Shown here piece by piece: positions 51,052 through 64,000 of a stretch of DNA of 64,000 nucleotides. How positions within the stretch are numbered: the stretch's first letter is position 1; every line of letters starts with the position of its first letter. The notes below the pieces were generated by a model. That model worked only from the letters and a program-made list of their open reading frames with translations, did no database searches and was not told the origin of the DNA. The translations under genes were made by a program, and so were the position numbers. Origin of the DNA: Polymyxa betae A26-41 (taxonomy: Eukaryota; Protista; Endomyxa: Phytomyxea); assembly GCA_003693705.1 (NCBI GenBank), contig RBZT01000267.1:150467-214466 (forward strand), in the 5' to 3' direction.

Positions 51052-52746
51052 TCATTGGGTGCTCTCTTGCGTACCGACATTAGCGACAACGCCATCCTGA
51101 GACTCTTGTTTCGAAGGTACACAGTTAGATTCTCCAGAGCTCCCAGGGACCTCATCCTCAGAACGCTCTTTACGATCATTAGATCGCGGAGGAGTCTTCT
51201 GTCCCTCCTTCTTCTTACTGACCCATTTCGGCTTACGGTTTCGCCTCTTTTCTGTTTGCTTCTCTTGAGTGGGTGTTGTTAAGGTAGGTTGTTGTTGCGG
51301 CTCAGATAATTCGCCCTCTGGTTTTGTCTCTTCCTTTGGCGGCGACTCCGAACTCCTTTGTTGACCCCTGCGAACTTCATACAATTGTTGTAGAACTTGT
51401 TTCTGCTCTTGATCTGCTTTGTCCCATTCTGATCTGTACTCGATATGCTGTTCAATTAGCAGCTGTGCACTTTGGACAGCGTCCTTGGTTCCAGCAATAT
51501 GCACAACGCAGGTGCCATTCTCAGCGTTATCCACAATGCGAAGGTGATGAGCCTTGCTCATCTGCTCCAGCTGCTGAATGGTTTTGTTGGCCTTACCACG
51601 GATCCATCCAGCTAATTCGGGGGCAATCGGTACGTCAGCTTCAACAAACTCGAGGGCTGCACGAGCAATGCGGACAGCTTCAGGAGTTTCACCAACGATG
51701 CGAACGATTCCGGTTTTCGTGTCAATGTTAGCGGATGATACACCAGGCATATTCTGAACAGAATTGATGCGTGTGCCATTCTGTCCAATGACCAAACCGA
51801 ACAGCGACGGGGATACAGAAAATTCTTCTACAAAAGAATGATCGGCCTGAGACAGCGTCAACTTTGGCCAATTAACGACGAAATAGAATAAAGGCTACCT
51901 TCTCCTTGGCAATACGAAGCTGCTGTTTGGCCATCTCAGTGCGGTTCTGCATCTGATGTAGCTGAGTCTGATGGGAGACAGCCATCTCGATCAAAGGACG
52001 GGCAACATTCAGCGACGAATCAGTTCCAACAACGACGATCTTGTGTTCGGCAACATTGTAGCTCACAGACATGACTCCAGACTTCTGCAACACAGAGTCG
52101 AAAATTGGAACATGGGTCATATCAGGCGACTCTAAAGCATTATTAGCCAATGACGAAAGCGGAATAAGAAGTATAAGATACCAGGCAGGGGCAGAGAGGG
52201 GGAGTTCTTCAAAACAGGTGTCAAGGTTAGATCGACTCGCTTTATGTAAGTCAAATCAATGCTCTTTTCGGTAGATTCTTGACGAATGTGGGGAAATTCG
52301 AAGATATCATCGAAAGAATCCTCAAATCCAGTAAAATGCACCAAAGCACACTAACAAACAAACCGTCAAAAGATCTGATGACAAAAAACATTAAGACCGA
52401 CATTGTTTTTAACGGATTTGATGACACCCTTAAACCAGCCGCATGGCTGATTTTCCTTCGCCTGTGCCTTGACTTCAACATGTTGCCCGACAGAGAATGT
52501 TGGATTGGCATCGACGTCGGTTGGGCTTCGCCTGACATGGGAGCTCGCAACCCAACAAAACTTCCAATTGGGTTGGAAATTGCACAGAACCTGCCCCATT
52601 TTGATATCCAGAATGGAAACCTGATAAAACATGAGCACAGATTGATGATCAGATTCGCGTCTTACATTATAGAAGCCGGAGGTCGTGGGATCAAACGCTT
52701 CCCATGCAGTTACTGAAGGTAATGGCTGCTGCGATGAGAATGGCAT
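51052..52746 (-). CDS. FMR1/FXR-like protein B (tandem Agenet + KH0/KH1/KH2 + coiled coil + basic tail)
   Basis: CNFQPNWK..VEVKAQAKENQPCGWFKGVIKSVK; EEFSVSPSLFGLVIGQNGTRI..PGVSSANID..GETPEAVRIARAALEFVE..GWIRGKANKTIQQL..GTKDAVQSAQLLIEQHIEY. Confidence 0.9.
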
Positions 52747-53167
52747 GGTCGATGGATCGCCGCACCGGCAGACTGTGTCGTGATGGAGAGAGGACGAGAT
52801 GAAATGAAAGAGACAGGTTCTGAGGTTCCAAGCTCGTTGGGAGACAAACAGAACAAGCGCGACCAATGGAGTCCGCGCCGCGCACTCATCTTCGCTACCA
52901 TTCTCAGGAAGACTACTTGGAATGTACTTGATCACAACCCAATCTTACAATCCAAAATACTGACACAATTCTCTGCAATACAACAGACTGTTCCAATTGT
53001 CTGCAGTACAACAGACTATTGTTCCTAAAACGGTAGTGCCATCACTTCTATCGTGGATGTCAAACTGTTCAGATTGACACTCGGTCGTTCCATTTAATTA
53101 TGATTTAATCATTATATTTATTATACACGTTGCAAATTTAAACAGTTTGTAAATGCGTTATTAAAAC

Positions 53168-55705
53168 TTAATAGTTGATGCGAATCCCACCTCGCCGGAG
53201 CATGTTGGTTGAGGTCGAGAACAGATTGTCTTCGCTGTCTGACTCCATGTTAATTGAATCAGATTTTGGCTGATTGGTGAACACAAGGTTGCTATCTAGT
53301 AATGAAAGCCGTCGTTGACGAATAAGATGACGGCGAGTGTAAAAGAGCAGCAATGACAGAATGACTAAGGCAGGAATAAGGGCAGCAATCCATTTGAACC
53401 ACCCTTGTGACCACAATGGTACAAATTTTAGTTGCTGAGGTTCGCTAGCTATGGGAACATCTTCCGGTTGCATTTCTACGACGAGCTCCTAGGAAAAACA
53501 ATTAATTGCCCCAGACCACTCGAAAGTAATGAAATTTACCGATTTGGATTCAATCACTGACAAAGGCTGAGCTTGCCTAGATTCTTGAGCCACCTCCTGA
53601 CTAGACGGGTGAACAGCGTTTTGAATAGGTGTGTCCTCATGGAACTTCCAGCGCTTCCCAGTGACCCGCTTATCCTAACAGATACTTTGATTACAATCCT
53701 TGATGGCACCATTCATGGGCTTACCTCAAGCGCTAATTCAGCAGCCTTCCTTTTCCTGGGTTGCCGTTTCGGCTGCTGATGCATGACACCAGCGCCCTGA
53801 GAGTCATTTTGTTGGAGGCCTTCGACAAAGAGAGGCAGACTGTGCTCGCTGTATGGCTTGTTAACAGAAAAGTCATCGGAAGATGGTAACTGGTCGCCGG
53901 AACCATTATCGTGCTCAAGTTTATCAATGCGGATGCCATCAGAGACAGTAATTTTGCCATCGAAATGAACGTCGCGATCGGGCTTGGCTTGAGAGGAGTC
54001 AGACAAGCAAGAATCGTCATCCAAAGGAGGTTTGTGAATTTCATCTGAAAGCGATTGCGATATGCCAGCTTCACTATCAAAACGTGAATAAGATTCGTCA
54101 GTGTCATCAGCAAGGAGCGAATGTAATATGTCGATTTCATCATCTGAAGTCGAATATGATTGGCCAGCTTCATCACCAGAGAGTGATTTTGGTATGCTGG
54201 CTTCATCATCAGGGTGTTCGCTGTATGGCTTGTTAACAGAAAAGTCATCGGGAGATGGTAACTGGTCGCCGGAACCAATATCGTGCTCAAGTTTATCAAT
54301 GCGGATGCCATCAGAGACAGTAATTTCGCCATCGAGATGAACGTCGCGATCGGTCTTGGCTTGAGAGGAGTCAGACAACGAAGATTTGTCATCCAAAGGA
54401 GGTCTGTGAACCTCATCTGAAAGCGATTGCGATATGCCAGCTTCATTATCAAAAAGCGAAGAAGATTCGTCAGTGTCATCAGCAAGGAGCGAATGTAACA
54501 TGTCGATTTCATCATCTGAAGTCGAATCTGATTGGCCAGCTTCATCACCAGAGAGTGATTTTGGTATGCTGGCTTCATCATCAGGAAACGAGTATGTGTC
54601 AGTGTTATCATCAGAAGGAGAATTCGAGGGCGATGATGAACCATAACGATGGAATGCCGTCGAAGTAAGCATCTGAATGAGCGCAGGGCGTAATAATGAA
54701 TGTTGTGGTTCATCCTCTAACCAGCCTATGATGGTGTTTGGCTTCACAGTACTATGTTAGCAGTTTCTAATGTTTACAAAATGGTTCCTTACCAGCTGAT
54801 CTTTCTTTTGTTGCCGCTGCTCTCGCTTCTTTTTATTTCGTTTAGCTTTCTGTTTATATGGTCAGTTGAAGAATTAAACACGCCTCATACTTAGGTTATA
54901 CCCTCACAGCAACATTCACGCTCTGCTGCTGATCCTGCACATAATCAATAGATTGAGAGAGTGAATTATCCTCTAAACTGATTTGTTCTTTCTCTTGCGG
55001 TCGGTTGTTTTGCAGTCGGGTCCGCCTCCTCTTACTTCTTGTCGATTTCCTTTTGCTCTGTTTCTGGGCCTAGAAACCTCTCAATCAGAACCTTTTTATG
55101 TAAAGTCATCTCTAATAATACCGCTTCATCGCAAACTGAATTGGTAGCAGTATCGGTCTCTGTGTTCTGCTGTGTAGGTGTAGGCTGAATGGACTCAACA
55201 TTCAGCTGTACATTATCCTCTTCACCCTTCAAATCTATGACAGTGTCTTCTTCATCTGAGGAATCTAAATCCACCCATGAGCTCAACAAAATACAACCTG
55301 ACAACGAGCAATCAAACCTCGATGGCTTTCCTTGGTAATTTCAAGTAACTTAGCAGCAGAACGTTCACGTTCTTCCCTGCGTTCCTCCTGACGACGGCGT
55401 TTTTGTGATAGATTTTTGTGCTTCTGTGAACGTAAGCATCCCAGTCGACCAAAAAAAGAATGACCTTTTTGACAACAACAATTTGATTATCTTCTGTAGA
55501 TGGATCGTAACTGTCCGCACCTTCTGGCTCTAATAGTTGAAATCTATTATATAGACCAACCTAAAAACGAAATTGGCGAACAATTTCAGCAGTGTTCTTG
55601 CAAGTGGCCCACCTGTTTCGTATGACCACGGTTAATGACATCTTCAAGATAAGCGAATGCTGTTGAGCTACAGAACAGGATAGTGAAGAACAGGCTGATA
55701 TTCAT
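53168..55705 (-). CDS. Acidic low-complexity type I membrane/surface protein C with internal repeat
   Basis: Signal peptide MNISLFFTILFCSSTAFA; D/S-rich exon 53713-54747; TM WIAALIPALVILSLLLFY followed by TRR. Confidence 0.72.
53842..54585. repeat. Two-copy 372-bp (124-aa) in-frame tandem duplication
   Basis: ctgtatggcttgttaacagaaaag at 53849 and 54221; ggtatgctggcttcatcatcagg at 54191 and 54563 (offset 372). Confidence 0.95.
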
Positions 55706-57845
55706 GATGTACAAAGTATAAAATGGAGTGGGAATAGAATATGATGAGTGCCGGCCTCAGAAGGCAGGGCGCTATATCCCAATATACAGGTGACAAAAGG
55801 GATGTACTGAATTGAAAGGCCCGCCTGGCCTATCGGTATGGTCAGAAGCCGGATAAAGTTATTATTGCGGGGTCCATCGACCTGGATGCGTCAACGGTGA
55901 CACAGGGCCATGCCAATATGCCACTTGAGGATAAAGTGCGCTATGCCGCTCTCTGTTATGATCTAAAGTCAAGTGTCCACATACCTGACGTGGTCTTCTG
56001 TAATCGGTTTGCCATTTTGGGCTCATCTCAAGGTCATGTGGTTCCGTATGTGGGTAAACCGCTCTTAGACCCAATTCCACTATCCTGCTTGCAACATCAA
56101 ATTTCAAACAAAGAACAAATAAATTCGAGCTTTTCGTTTCAATTAGTCACAAGAATCGGTTGTGCAGATTCCAGTTTTAACCAGCACTGTTGCTGTAAAA
56201 CGAAAAGCTTCAAAACTTGGTTTCGTATCGAGACAATGTCAACAGTATAAAAAACAATGCTTAGACGATCAGGTGGATGTTTATCATGGTAAAGAGACGC
56301 AAGCTGGAACTTATCAACAGAAAATTCTCAAGTCATTATCATCCAGGTTTCGTCCAACGAAAATATAAAACTTTCTGTTCCTAGAATTTGTAAAATGTGT
56401 CATATCCGAAAGAGGATTCTCGGTGACAATTGCTCAATGTAAAGATATAAGTGTATGTAAGCGTCATCATAAAGTCGATGGACGATGATAACTCATAGAG
56501 AATTTACAATGATGATTGTCCACTTACCACCTTATCAGAGAATTGACAATTATTGTTAAAGTTAGCTTAAGATCCAGTTTCATTGACCATTGTAAAAGCT
56601 ACAATAAACAAATTGGCAAGGTTTAGCACATCATAACTCTTAGTTTCACTTAACGACTTACGAGAGTTTGCAGAATGGGCGACGTTAGCATATTGTTTGG
56701 AACAGGTATTACTATAATGACATGAGGAGAAAGAATCTCGAATTGTGTAAGAGGCAACGTCCTTTACTTTGCTGTCGAAAGGTTGTGAAATTTGCTAGAT
56801 AGAATATAGACATGTCAAGCGTTTTTTTCTGGGGAATAATTCGGCATGCTTATGCTTGGAATTATGAAATCTGTGCATTATATGCGATTGCGATGAGGTA
56901 GAGACGGGCATACATTCATAAAAGAGGCGAGAAGGTCGAAATCGGTTATAAGCGTTCCTGATCCTTATTAAAATCAGGTTATATGGTGGAAGGCTCTGCA
57001 CCGCCGGTAGAAATACGAACCATAGGACAGCCCAATCCATGCATCCATAGTCTGGACTTGTATTGAACCAATTGGAAAGGCAGTTGGTTAAATACTGATG
57101 GACTAACAAAGGCACTAGCAAAGTCACAACCGATGTTACTATATCAATCCCGAATTACTTGTGGTCCAAGCTTAACATTAAAGTTAACGCTTAGTGTATT
57201 AGTTTCAGAAGCGTTCGTGAATTTTGTTCCTGAATGATAGCAATTTCAGACCATATTTACAGGAGAGGGGATTCTGAAGGAGCGCAAACATCTGAATTTG
57301 TTGTAGCTTCGTTCATTCTCAATCGACATGGACCGAAGCCCGTAAAGTGGTTTGACCAAACACAGCCACGATAGCAATCCAGGGCTGTCAGGAGCTGATG
57401 AAGTCAAGCTAATGCAAATATTATGACGAGTTTGTGAATTCACAAACCTTGCTGCAGAGGATGATTCGACGTCCTTATAAAAATGGATATAACCCAGATA
57501 CTATTTATCTATAATTCCCGTCTAAATGTTCCCGTTCCGAGAATAGACTCGGACAAGTGTTCCACGTACAGCCAGACAGGTCGTCATGATACTGAGCAAC
57601 ATAAATGCAAGTGAGCAGTATGCAAGTCAATGACTTCCATGACGGATAGATACCCCTGTCTACGTCCGTGTACAATTTCGCCACGTTATCTCTGTTACTG
57701 ATGTTGTGGTTTGTGTGGAGCGGCCACGCATACGGTTGAAATAACCACCTAAAGTACTGTTACTCATATTCTCGAACTTCGATTCGCTACTTTAAACAGC
57801 ACGTTGTCTCCGTATTGATCCACTGTCACTTTTATCTTATTGAAC

Positions 57846-60800
57846 ATGGCCAACGGAGACGTTGCTGCTACTGCTTTGAATAATGGACATCCATCATCTG
57901 TTGACCATAAGTATCATGTGTCCTGGACATCTGCAACCAGACTCGTTATTGATTGGTGGTTGTAGGCTAACGGATCCACTCTGGCAAACATACGATATTC
58001 AAAAATTGAAATCAACCCAATCTGTGGAGGTCTCCCAGCTTATTATCGATGAAGGCTTAGTTCACACATCACTTGTACTCAAAGAGGTGGACTGGTTCTT
58101 TAACAAGCTAGGCATTGATGATGAATATTTTTATTCAACTCCTATTAGCAACATTGCTAAGCATATCTCTTGCATATATGCTGGAAAAATTCTGGCAATG
58201 GCAGGTGGAAGTGATCAGCATGATTTCAATCTCCGGCAAGAAGAGAATGATCAAGCCTTCTTCGCTGTGCGCTCTGTTCCCGGATCAAGACTGTCTCAAG
58301 TTTATGATCTCGAAAGGATGATTGATAGAGACTACTTACTGGAAGGTTATTCAGGAAGCGACCAAGTTTCTACTGCAAGTCGAACACTTCCATACCGTCT
58401 AAAGGTGTTCAGATCGGCTGGCCCTATCTCCAGCGATCTCGATATTCAGCTTCGATTCTACTTGTTGCAGCGCCCTATCTTCTCTAGCGAGATTCGTCGT
58501 CCTTCTTATGTCCAAGGTGTCTGTGAACCAGCCGATACCGATCTGATTAAGATTTCGGATAAAAGGTTTTTTTTGCAAATACTTTGACAAGATCATCCTA
58601 ACTGCTATTTAGAATGATCGCCCGGTCATCTCCGACAACCCATGCAATCTACAAGTCTGTTATCGACAAAGTTGTTCAACAGCTATATCCGGTTGTGGAA
58701 ATTTTGTCATCCGCAACCCTTGGCCAACGCCGCTTGGTAGTTGCCTATCATCATGGCAGTGTCCATTCCTTCTTCTCAGCTTTAACCGATCTGTATCATC
58801 AGCGGGGATTATACTCCACTAAGAAATTCGTCGAGCAATTCTCTAACGGTTGTTTGTCGCTGCAATGCCAACCTGATTACTAATTGGATTTAGGCGTTAC
58901 TGTTGTAGCTGTTTACCTGAAACCTCTGCCAGTTTCTGACGATCATGCTTTCAATGAATCGGTTGTTGATGAACGTGTTTTACGGGTCAGTCCCTGCTCA
59001 CATGCTTTAAAGTCAATGCTAACGCAGAGATAGGTCAAGAGCGATATCTCGTTAATCTATGTCCTTCCTCGACATGCTTTGACGCCGATGTTTTCAGAAG
59101 GACGGTTAACTGCAGAAGAAGCGACCTTTGCTTACGTTGGATGGAAGTTTTCGCACCAGTTTCTTTCAAGATATCGCCGAGAGGTAAAAATACTACACTG
59201 TTAGGTGAGCGAAATTTAATGTTTAAACAGTACGGAGCACTGCTATCGTCGATTGAAAAACACGAGCCAAGCTTGATTGGGCATTTGTTACGATTGAAGC
59301 AAAATCTACGAAAAGATACATTTACAGGTTTGCAACTTCATCTTCTGGAAATTTCATGCTGAGCAAATCTTAGAGGAGCGACTTCTAGAATGCATCCGTT
59401 CATATCCGGTTATTATTAAAGCCCTTTACGCCGATTTTGCCCAACGCCATTCTGGTGGTGCGCAACCGAATACGCCATCAACACCACGTCATACCGATCA
59501 CGATACGGAAGCCCTTGGTATGGTTGTCTCTCAGTATTATATCAACGAATCTAAACAGTTTCAGAATCGCTTATCAAGCTTCATGCGACCTCGGAATTTG
59601 ATACCCAAATTTTGTTAGCTTTGCTGTATGTAACTTGATGTGTCAACACATTACATTGTCACTCAGATTCTCGTACAGATGCTTCAATCGACACATCTTG
59701 CGAACCAATTTCTTTAAGCAACAAAAGATCGCCTTGTCGTTCCGTTTATCCCCTGGATTCCTTGTCCCCGACGAGTAAGATTAGGGCCATGATGAATTGT
59801 TTACGTGCTCAGATGCTCTGCAGATACCCTATTATACCTCATGGTGTCTTCTTCGTTGTTGGCTCCGAATTTCGCGGATTTCATGTTCGTTTCACTGATG
59901 TTGCTCGCGGTGGTATTCGTATAATCAAGTCCCGAAATGCCCAAGCGTATGCTCATAATGTGGGAAGCGTCTTCGATGAGAACTACAATCTGGCGTTAAC
60001 GCAGATGAGAAAGGTTTGCTTACAAAATGTGAACCTTTCATGTACTCATATTCTTGCAGAATAAGGATATTCCTGAAGGAGGCTCCAAAGGAACAATCTT
60101 CCTTTCGCAATCCCATCAGGACAAGGATGACGTAGCTTTCCGCAAATACGTTGACTCTATGCTTGACATATTACTTCCAAATCATGAAATCCGAGATTAT
60201 CTACAACTGGTATCTTACTTTAAACGCCAACTCGTTTTAGTCTCAATGATCTCAAAGGAAGAAATATTATTTTTTGGGCCTGACGAGGGCACTGCCAATT
60301 TGATGGACTGGGCTTCCCAGCATGCTCGCGGTAAGCCAAGGGTTTCTTTCGTTATGTCTGTGCTGAGAAATGCTCAGCGCGTGGGGCCCATTTCTGGAAA
60401 GCTTTCACTACAGGAAAATCGATGTCCTTAGGTGGAATTCCGTAAGCTCTTACAATCTGTTATCAAATTGCTTATAATCTGTAGTCATGACATGTTTGGA
60501 ATGACCACCCGCTCTGTTCATCAGTATGTCGTTGGTGTTTTGGATAAGCTGGGCTTAAAAGAAGAAAATGTGACCAAATTCCAAGTAAGTCTCGCCACTT
60601 GGCATCCCTCATTTGCCAACTTATTGATTTGTATTAGACTGGAGGCCCAGACGGTGATTTGGGAAGCAATGAAATCTTAATCTCTAATGATAAGACAATA
60701 AGGTTCATATAGGAATATTAGTTCAAATTCTTACGGTGCTGTTCAGTGTTGTCGATGGCAGTGGTGTATTGCATGATCCTAACGGTATTAACCGCCAGGA

Positions 60801-62074
60801 GCTTCGCCGGCTCGCTAAAGGCAGGAAAATGGTCGAGAATTTTGATAAATCCAAAGTCTGTGGTGCTTCTCCGGAATCTATCTTCTCTTATTCTTCTTAG
60901 CTATCACCTGCCGGATACTTCCTCAGTATCGATTCGCGTATGATTTCGTTGCCTGGCTTTTCGTCACCTATCGAGTCTGGTCTGGTGTTCCGTAATACTT
61001 ACCATCTTCTTCCTCAAGCAAAAGCGGACCTTTTTGTTCCATGCGGCGGAAGACCTGAGGCTGTTAATCTTAATAACTATCAAGTTAGTTACGCTAATGT
61101 TGCAATTAGATATTCTTAATGGAAACTAGGAAATGCTCGATGAAAACGGAAAGTGTCGCTATAAAGTTATAGTTGAGGGCGCTAATTTGTTCTTAACGCA
61201 AGAGGTTTGATAAGCGTTGTGCCGAAGTGCGCTTTTCTCAAATGTTTTAGGCCCGACTTCAGTTGGAGAAACTAGGAACGATTATATACAAGGATGCAAG
61301 CGCTAATAAAGGAGGTACGTGCTTTCCATCCTCACCATGTTTTTCAAACATTATCTACAGGTGTGACATCATCCTCACTTGAAGTTCTTGCCGCTCTTGC
61401 TTTGACCGATGATGAGTTTGCAGAACATATGATGGTTATTGATTCAAAAACGCCTCCAGCGTTCTATACGGCATATGTCAAGCAAGTTCAAACGATCATT
61501 GAACAGAATGCCAGAATGGAATTTGAGTGCATTTGGCGTAATTTCGGATTTTTCGTTTTTGCATGCCATTTGATTACCTCTTTAGGTGAACATGAACGCA
61601 CTGGAACTCCTCGCTGTGTCATCACTGATTTGATATCGAATAAGGTTCTTCCGAATTGCTGTAACCGAGAGTTTGCTGAATTTACGTTTTAGATTAATGC
61701 TCTCAATGCCTCATTGTCGAGTTCGTCGCTATGGCAGAACAAGATGCTCCGCTTCAAAGTAGTGTTCACGAACTCTTGTTCACATTGTATTAATATTTGC
61801 GGCAGGTCCTTCAAGATGCTTGTCCGCCCCCGTTGACAGATTTACTTGGTGTCGAGGTCTTGGCCTCTAGACTGCCTGAAAGCTACATTCAGGCTATCTT
61901 TGGAGCATACCTTGCGTCACATTTCGTGTATCAGCATGGACTGAGCGCTCCCGAGTTTGCTTTCTTTGACTTCAGTAAGTCCATTGGAAGAGCGAAGTTA
62001 CCTAGATGACTGATTTCTATCAAGTGGAGAATTATATGCATGGAAGCTCTGGATTAGCAAACGAAGAATTTTAA
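57846..62074 (+). CDS. GDH2: NAD-specific glutamate dehydrogenase (large eukaryotic GDH2 type), many introns
   Basis: FRGFHVRFTDVARGGIRII; KNKDIPEGGSKG; FFGPDEGTA; GGIPHDMFGMT; TGGPDGDLGSNEI; FVPCGGRPE; VEGANLF; KDASANKGGVTSSSLEV. Confidence 0.96.
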
Positions 62075-62179
62075 GTGAATCTATATTCATTGATATGATT
62101 GTTATCTAGTCGCTATAAATGTATTAGTATGGATTGCTATAGAAATTGAAGATTGTAAGGATGTGAACAATATTAGAAT

Positions 62180-63742
62180 TTATACTTGCATTTCATCATC
62201 AGTAATTTTCAATTTCTTGTTGGCCTGCTCCGATGGTTCCGGCTGGCTACTAACCTGGCGAGATTTGGCTCTGGACCCAGGCCCCCAGTTTTCTTCTGGA
62301 TTCGGCAGATATCTTGCCTGTTTCGGCCCTGACCTCACCAAAGATTGAACAATTGTGAAATCTGCTTTCAAGGTCGGCTGCTTGCTGAGTATCATGTAGG
62401 AAGGAGAGCGTTCGCTGAGATCGGCCTTAACAGGGTTCTCTTGAACCCAACACCGTAAAACATCCCAAATAGCATGAGAAGGTGCATTAGTCTTCAAAGA
62501 ACTTGGAAGTGTATGGGATTGTGATACTCGATAGCCAGCATTGATAAGAGCAGAACGAACATTGATTGATCGAGGCATGACACAATGTAATGTGTGACAC
62601 ATTGATGCCAAACAATAAAATAGAGGAACATCTGGCAGCTCATCTTTCAAAGTCGTAATCAGAGCCTGAAGTCGAGTACGTGATGCAAATATGTGCTGAT
62701 CGTTATCAATTTGCTTCTGGACTCTTTCAAGAAACGAGTGATCATTAATAGGAGCTGACCACCATGGACCCCCCATCTTCAGAAACGAACCACAATCAGG
62801 GCAAACACCAGATGTTGGAGCAACAGCCGAGGTTAGATTATCACCCTTTCCAGTTGGTCTCATAAGTGGAATCAGATGATGGTAATCACATTGAGTACAT
62901 TGCCAAACATGTGACAGATGCTTAGCAGCATTCGTGGCTTTTGCTTGTGATTTACGAACACGAACGAAGATGCGAACGTAAAAGTCAATATGAGCACTAA
63001 GTAAGGGCTCGATAATAAGACCTAGACGTGCAGCTTCCTGACTAGCAAATGCAAGAACAATACGTAGAGCCATCTCATGGCAGTATTTCCCACGATGTGG
63101 TACTGCCCCATATTTTGCTGCACAGGCAGCTGGACGACTACCAGCCAATACAGCCAGATCAGTACAGGTAATACAGAGAAGACCACCAGATCGTACAGCA
63201 CGTAATGCACCAGATATGAAGATATTCGCTGAACCATACGGATCCAGGTCCACGACATCGACCCGGCCGTACTGGCTCATGCACTGGTTGGCGTCCAAGC
63301 AGGTGGGTTCCAGACGTTCTGGGCGTTGAAGATGGGTATTAGCTGCAATATTATCACGAATAGTTTGAACGGCAGCTGGATCGATATCATTAACAATGAT
63401 ACGAGATACATCTGATATTTCATGTAGATAACGCATTGAACGTAATCCTGTAGCTGATAATGCCTCAATGATAGATAGACCTGGGTATGGTGACGACGAT
63501 TTAGCTGATCTTGCATGCTCTTCCTTTTTCAGCTCATTAAAAGCTGATAGAACAGCTATAGATAGATCACGATTCACTACTTGAACTTTATTGTAGAAGA
63601 CATCCTATAGAACAGGAATACATATCAGCTGTATTGCTCGGCAGATGATAATCCAGGGACCAGTACGTACCTGACGTCCTTGTGGAACAAATATAGACGC
63701 GGATCCTTCCGTGACTCTATTGAGATCAACAGTAGCCCTCAT
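62180..63742 (-). CDS. TRM1: tRNA (guanine26-N2,N2)-dimethyltransferase
   Basis: VTEGSA..|DVFYNKVQVVNRDLS; EALSATGLRSMRY; VDLDPYGS; GGLLCITCTDLAVL; HEMALR; YLPNPEENWGP. Confidence 0.96.
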
Positions 63743-64000
63743 GATGGTTGTTGCAATGAATGCCCGTCCTCGTGATACAATAAGATTGGCCAGATTCAAT
63801 CTGATATAATGACAGATTACTATATTGACAAATTGGGAGATTTGTTTTAAGGAAATTGGGTCACGGACTCCGAACTACCTGATTTGTCTCAATAGTATTA
63901 TGAATACAACATGTTTATTAATATATTTTTGTATGCTGTTAATCACTTGACATTGTCATTACTGTTGTTTTTTAACAACTACAGTTGCGGCAATCTTAAA

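Noticed and set aside
53733-54713. 326-aa Met/Leu-rich overlapping ORF on the same strand as surface protein C
   Set aside because: It is a shifted-frame shadow of GAT/GAA-rich low-complexity codons, doubled by the 372-bp duplication.
1-64000. CRISPR arrays, tRNA/rRNA genes, intact transposons, prokaryotic operons
   Set aside because: No repeat-spacer arrays, recognisable structural RNAs, or transposase/RT/integrase motifs were seen. The sequence is eukaryotic.

Overview
Eukaryotic nuclear DNA: very gene-dense, with short GT-AG introns (mostly ~36-70 nt), the standard genetic code and one 179-N scaffold gap. About 28 protein-coding genes can be reconstructed by manual splicing. Flagellar and centriolar genes (DNAAF4/DYX1C1, GAS8/DRC4, CEP97-like) indicate a flagellated protist. 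The compact style is consistent with a zoosporic parasite such as a plasmodiophorid, but that is inference. Housekeeping genes are RPS15, MTO1/MnmG, ADP/ATP translocase, RagA, SNF8/VPS22, large NAD-GDH and TRM1. Most notable: (1) two paralogous FMR1/FXR-like genes (tandem Agenet + KH) interleaved with three acidic, repeat-bearing type-I membrane surface protein genes; (2) a cluster of mechanosensitive channels from two unrelated families (two MscS-like plus OSCA/TMEM63); (3) a six-exon, 48-codon microprotein gene missed by the ORF track, head-to-head with DNAAF4; (4) a catalytically degenerate membrane-anchored CE4 deacetylase; (5) a myristoylation-motif BSD-NECAP fusion; (6) an Sm-site/hairpin element that may be a divergent snRNA. 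Multi-exon coordinates run from start to stop codon and come from manual splicing.
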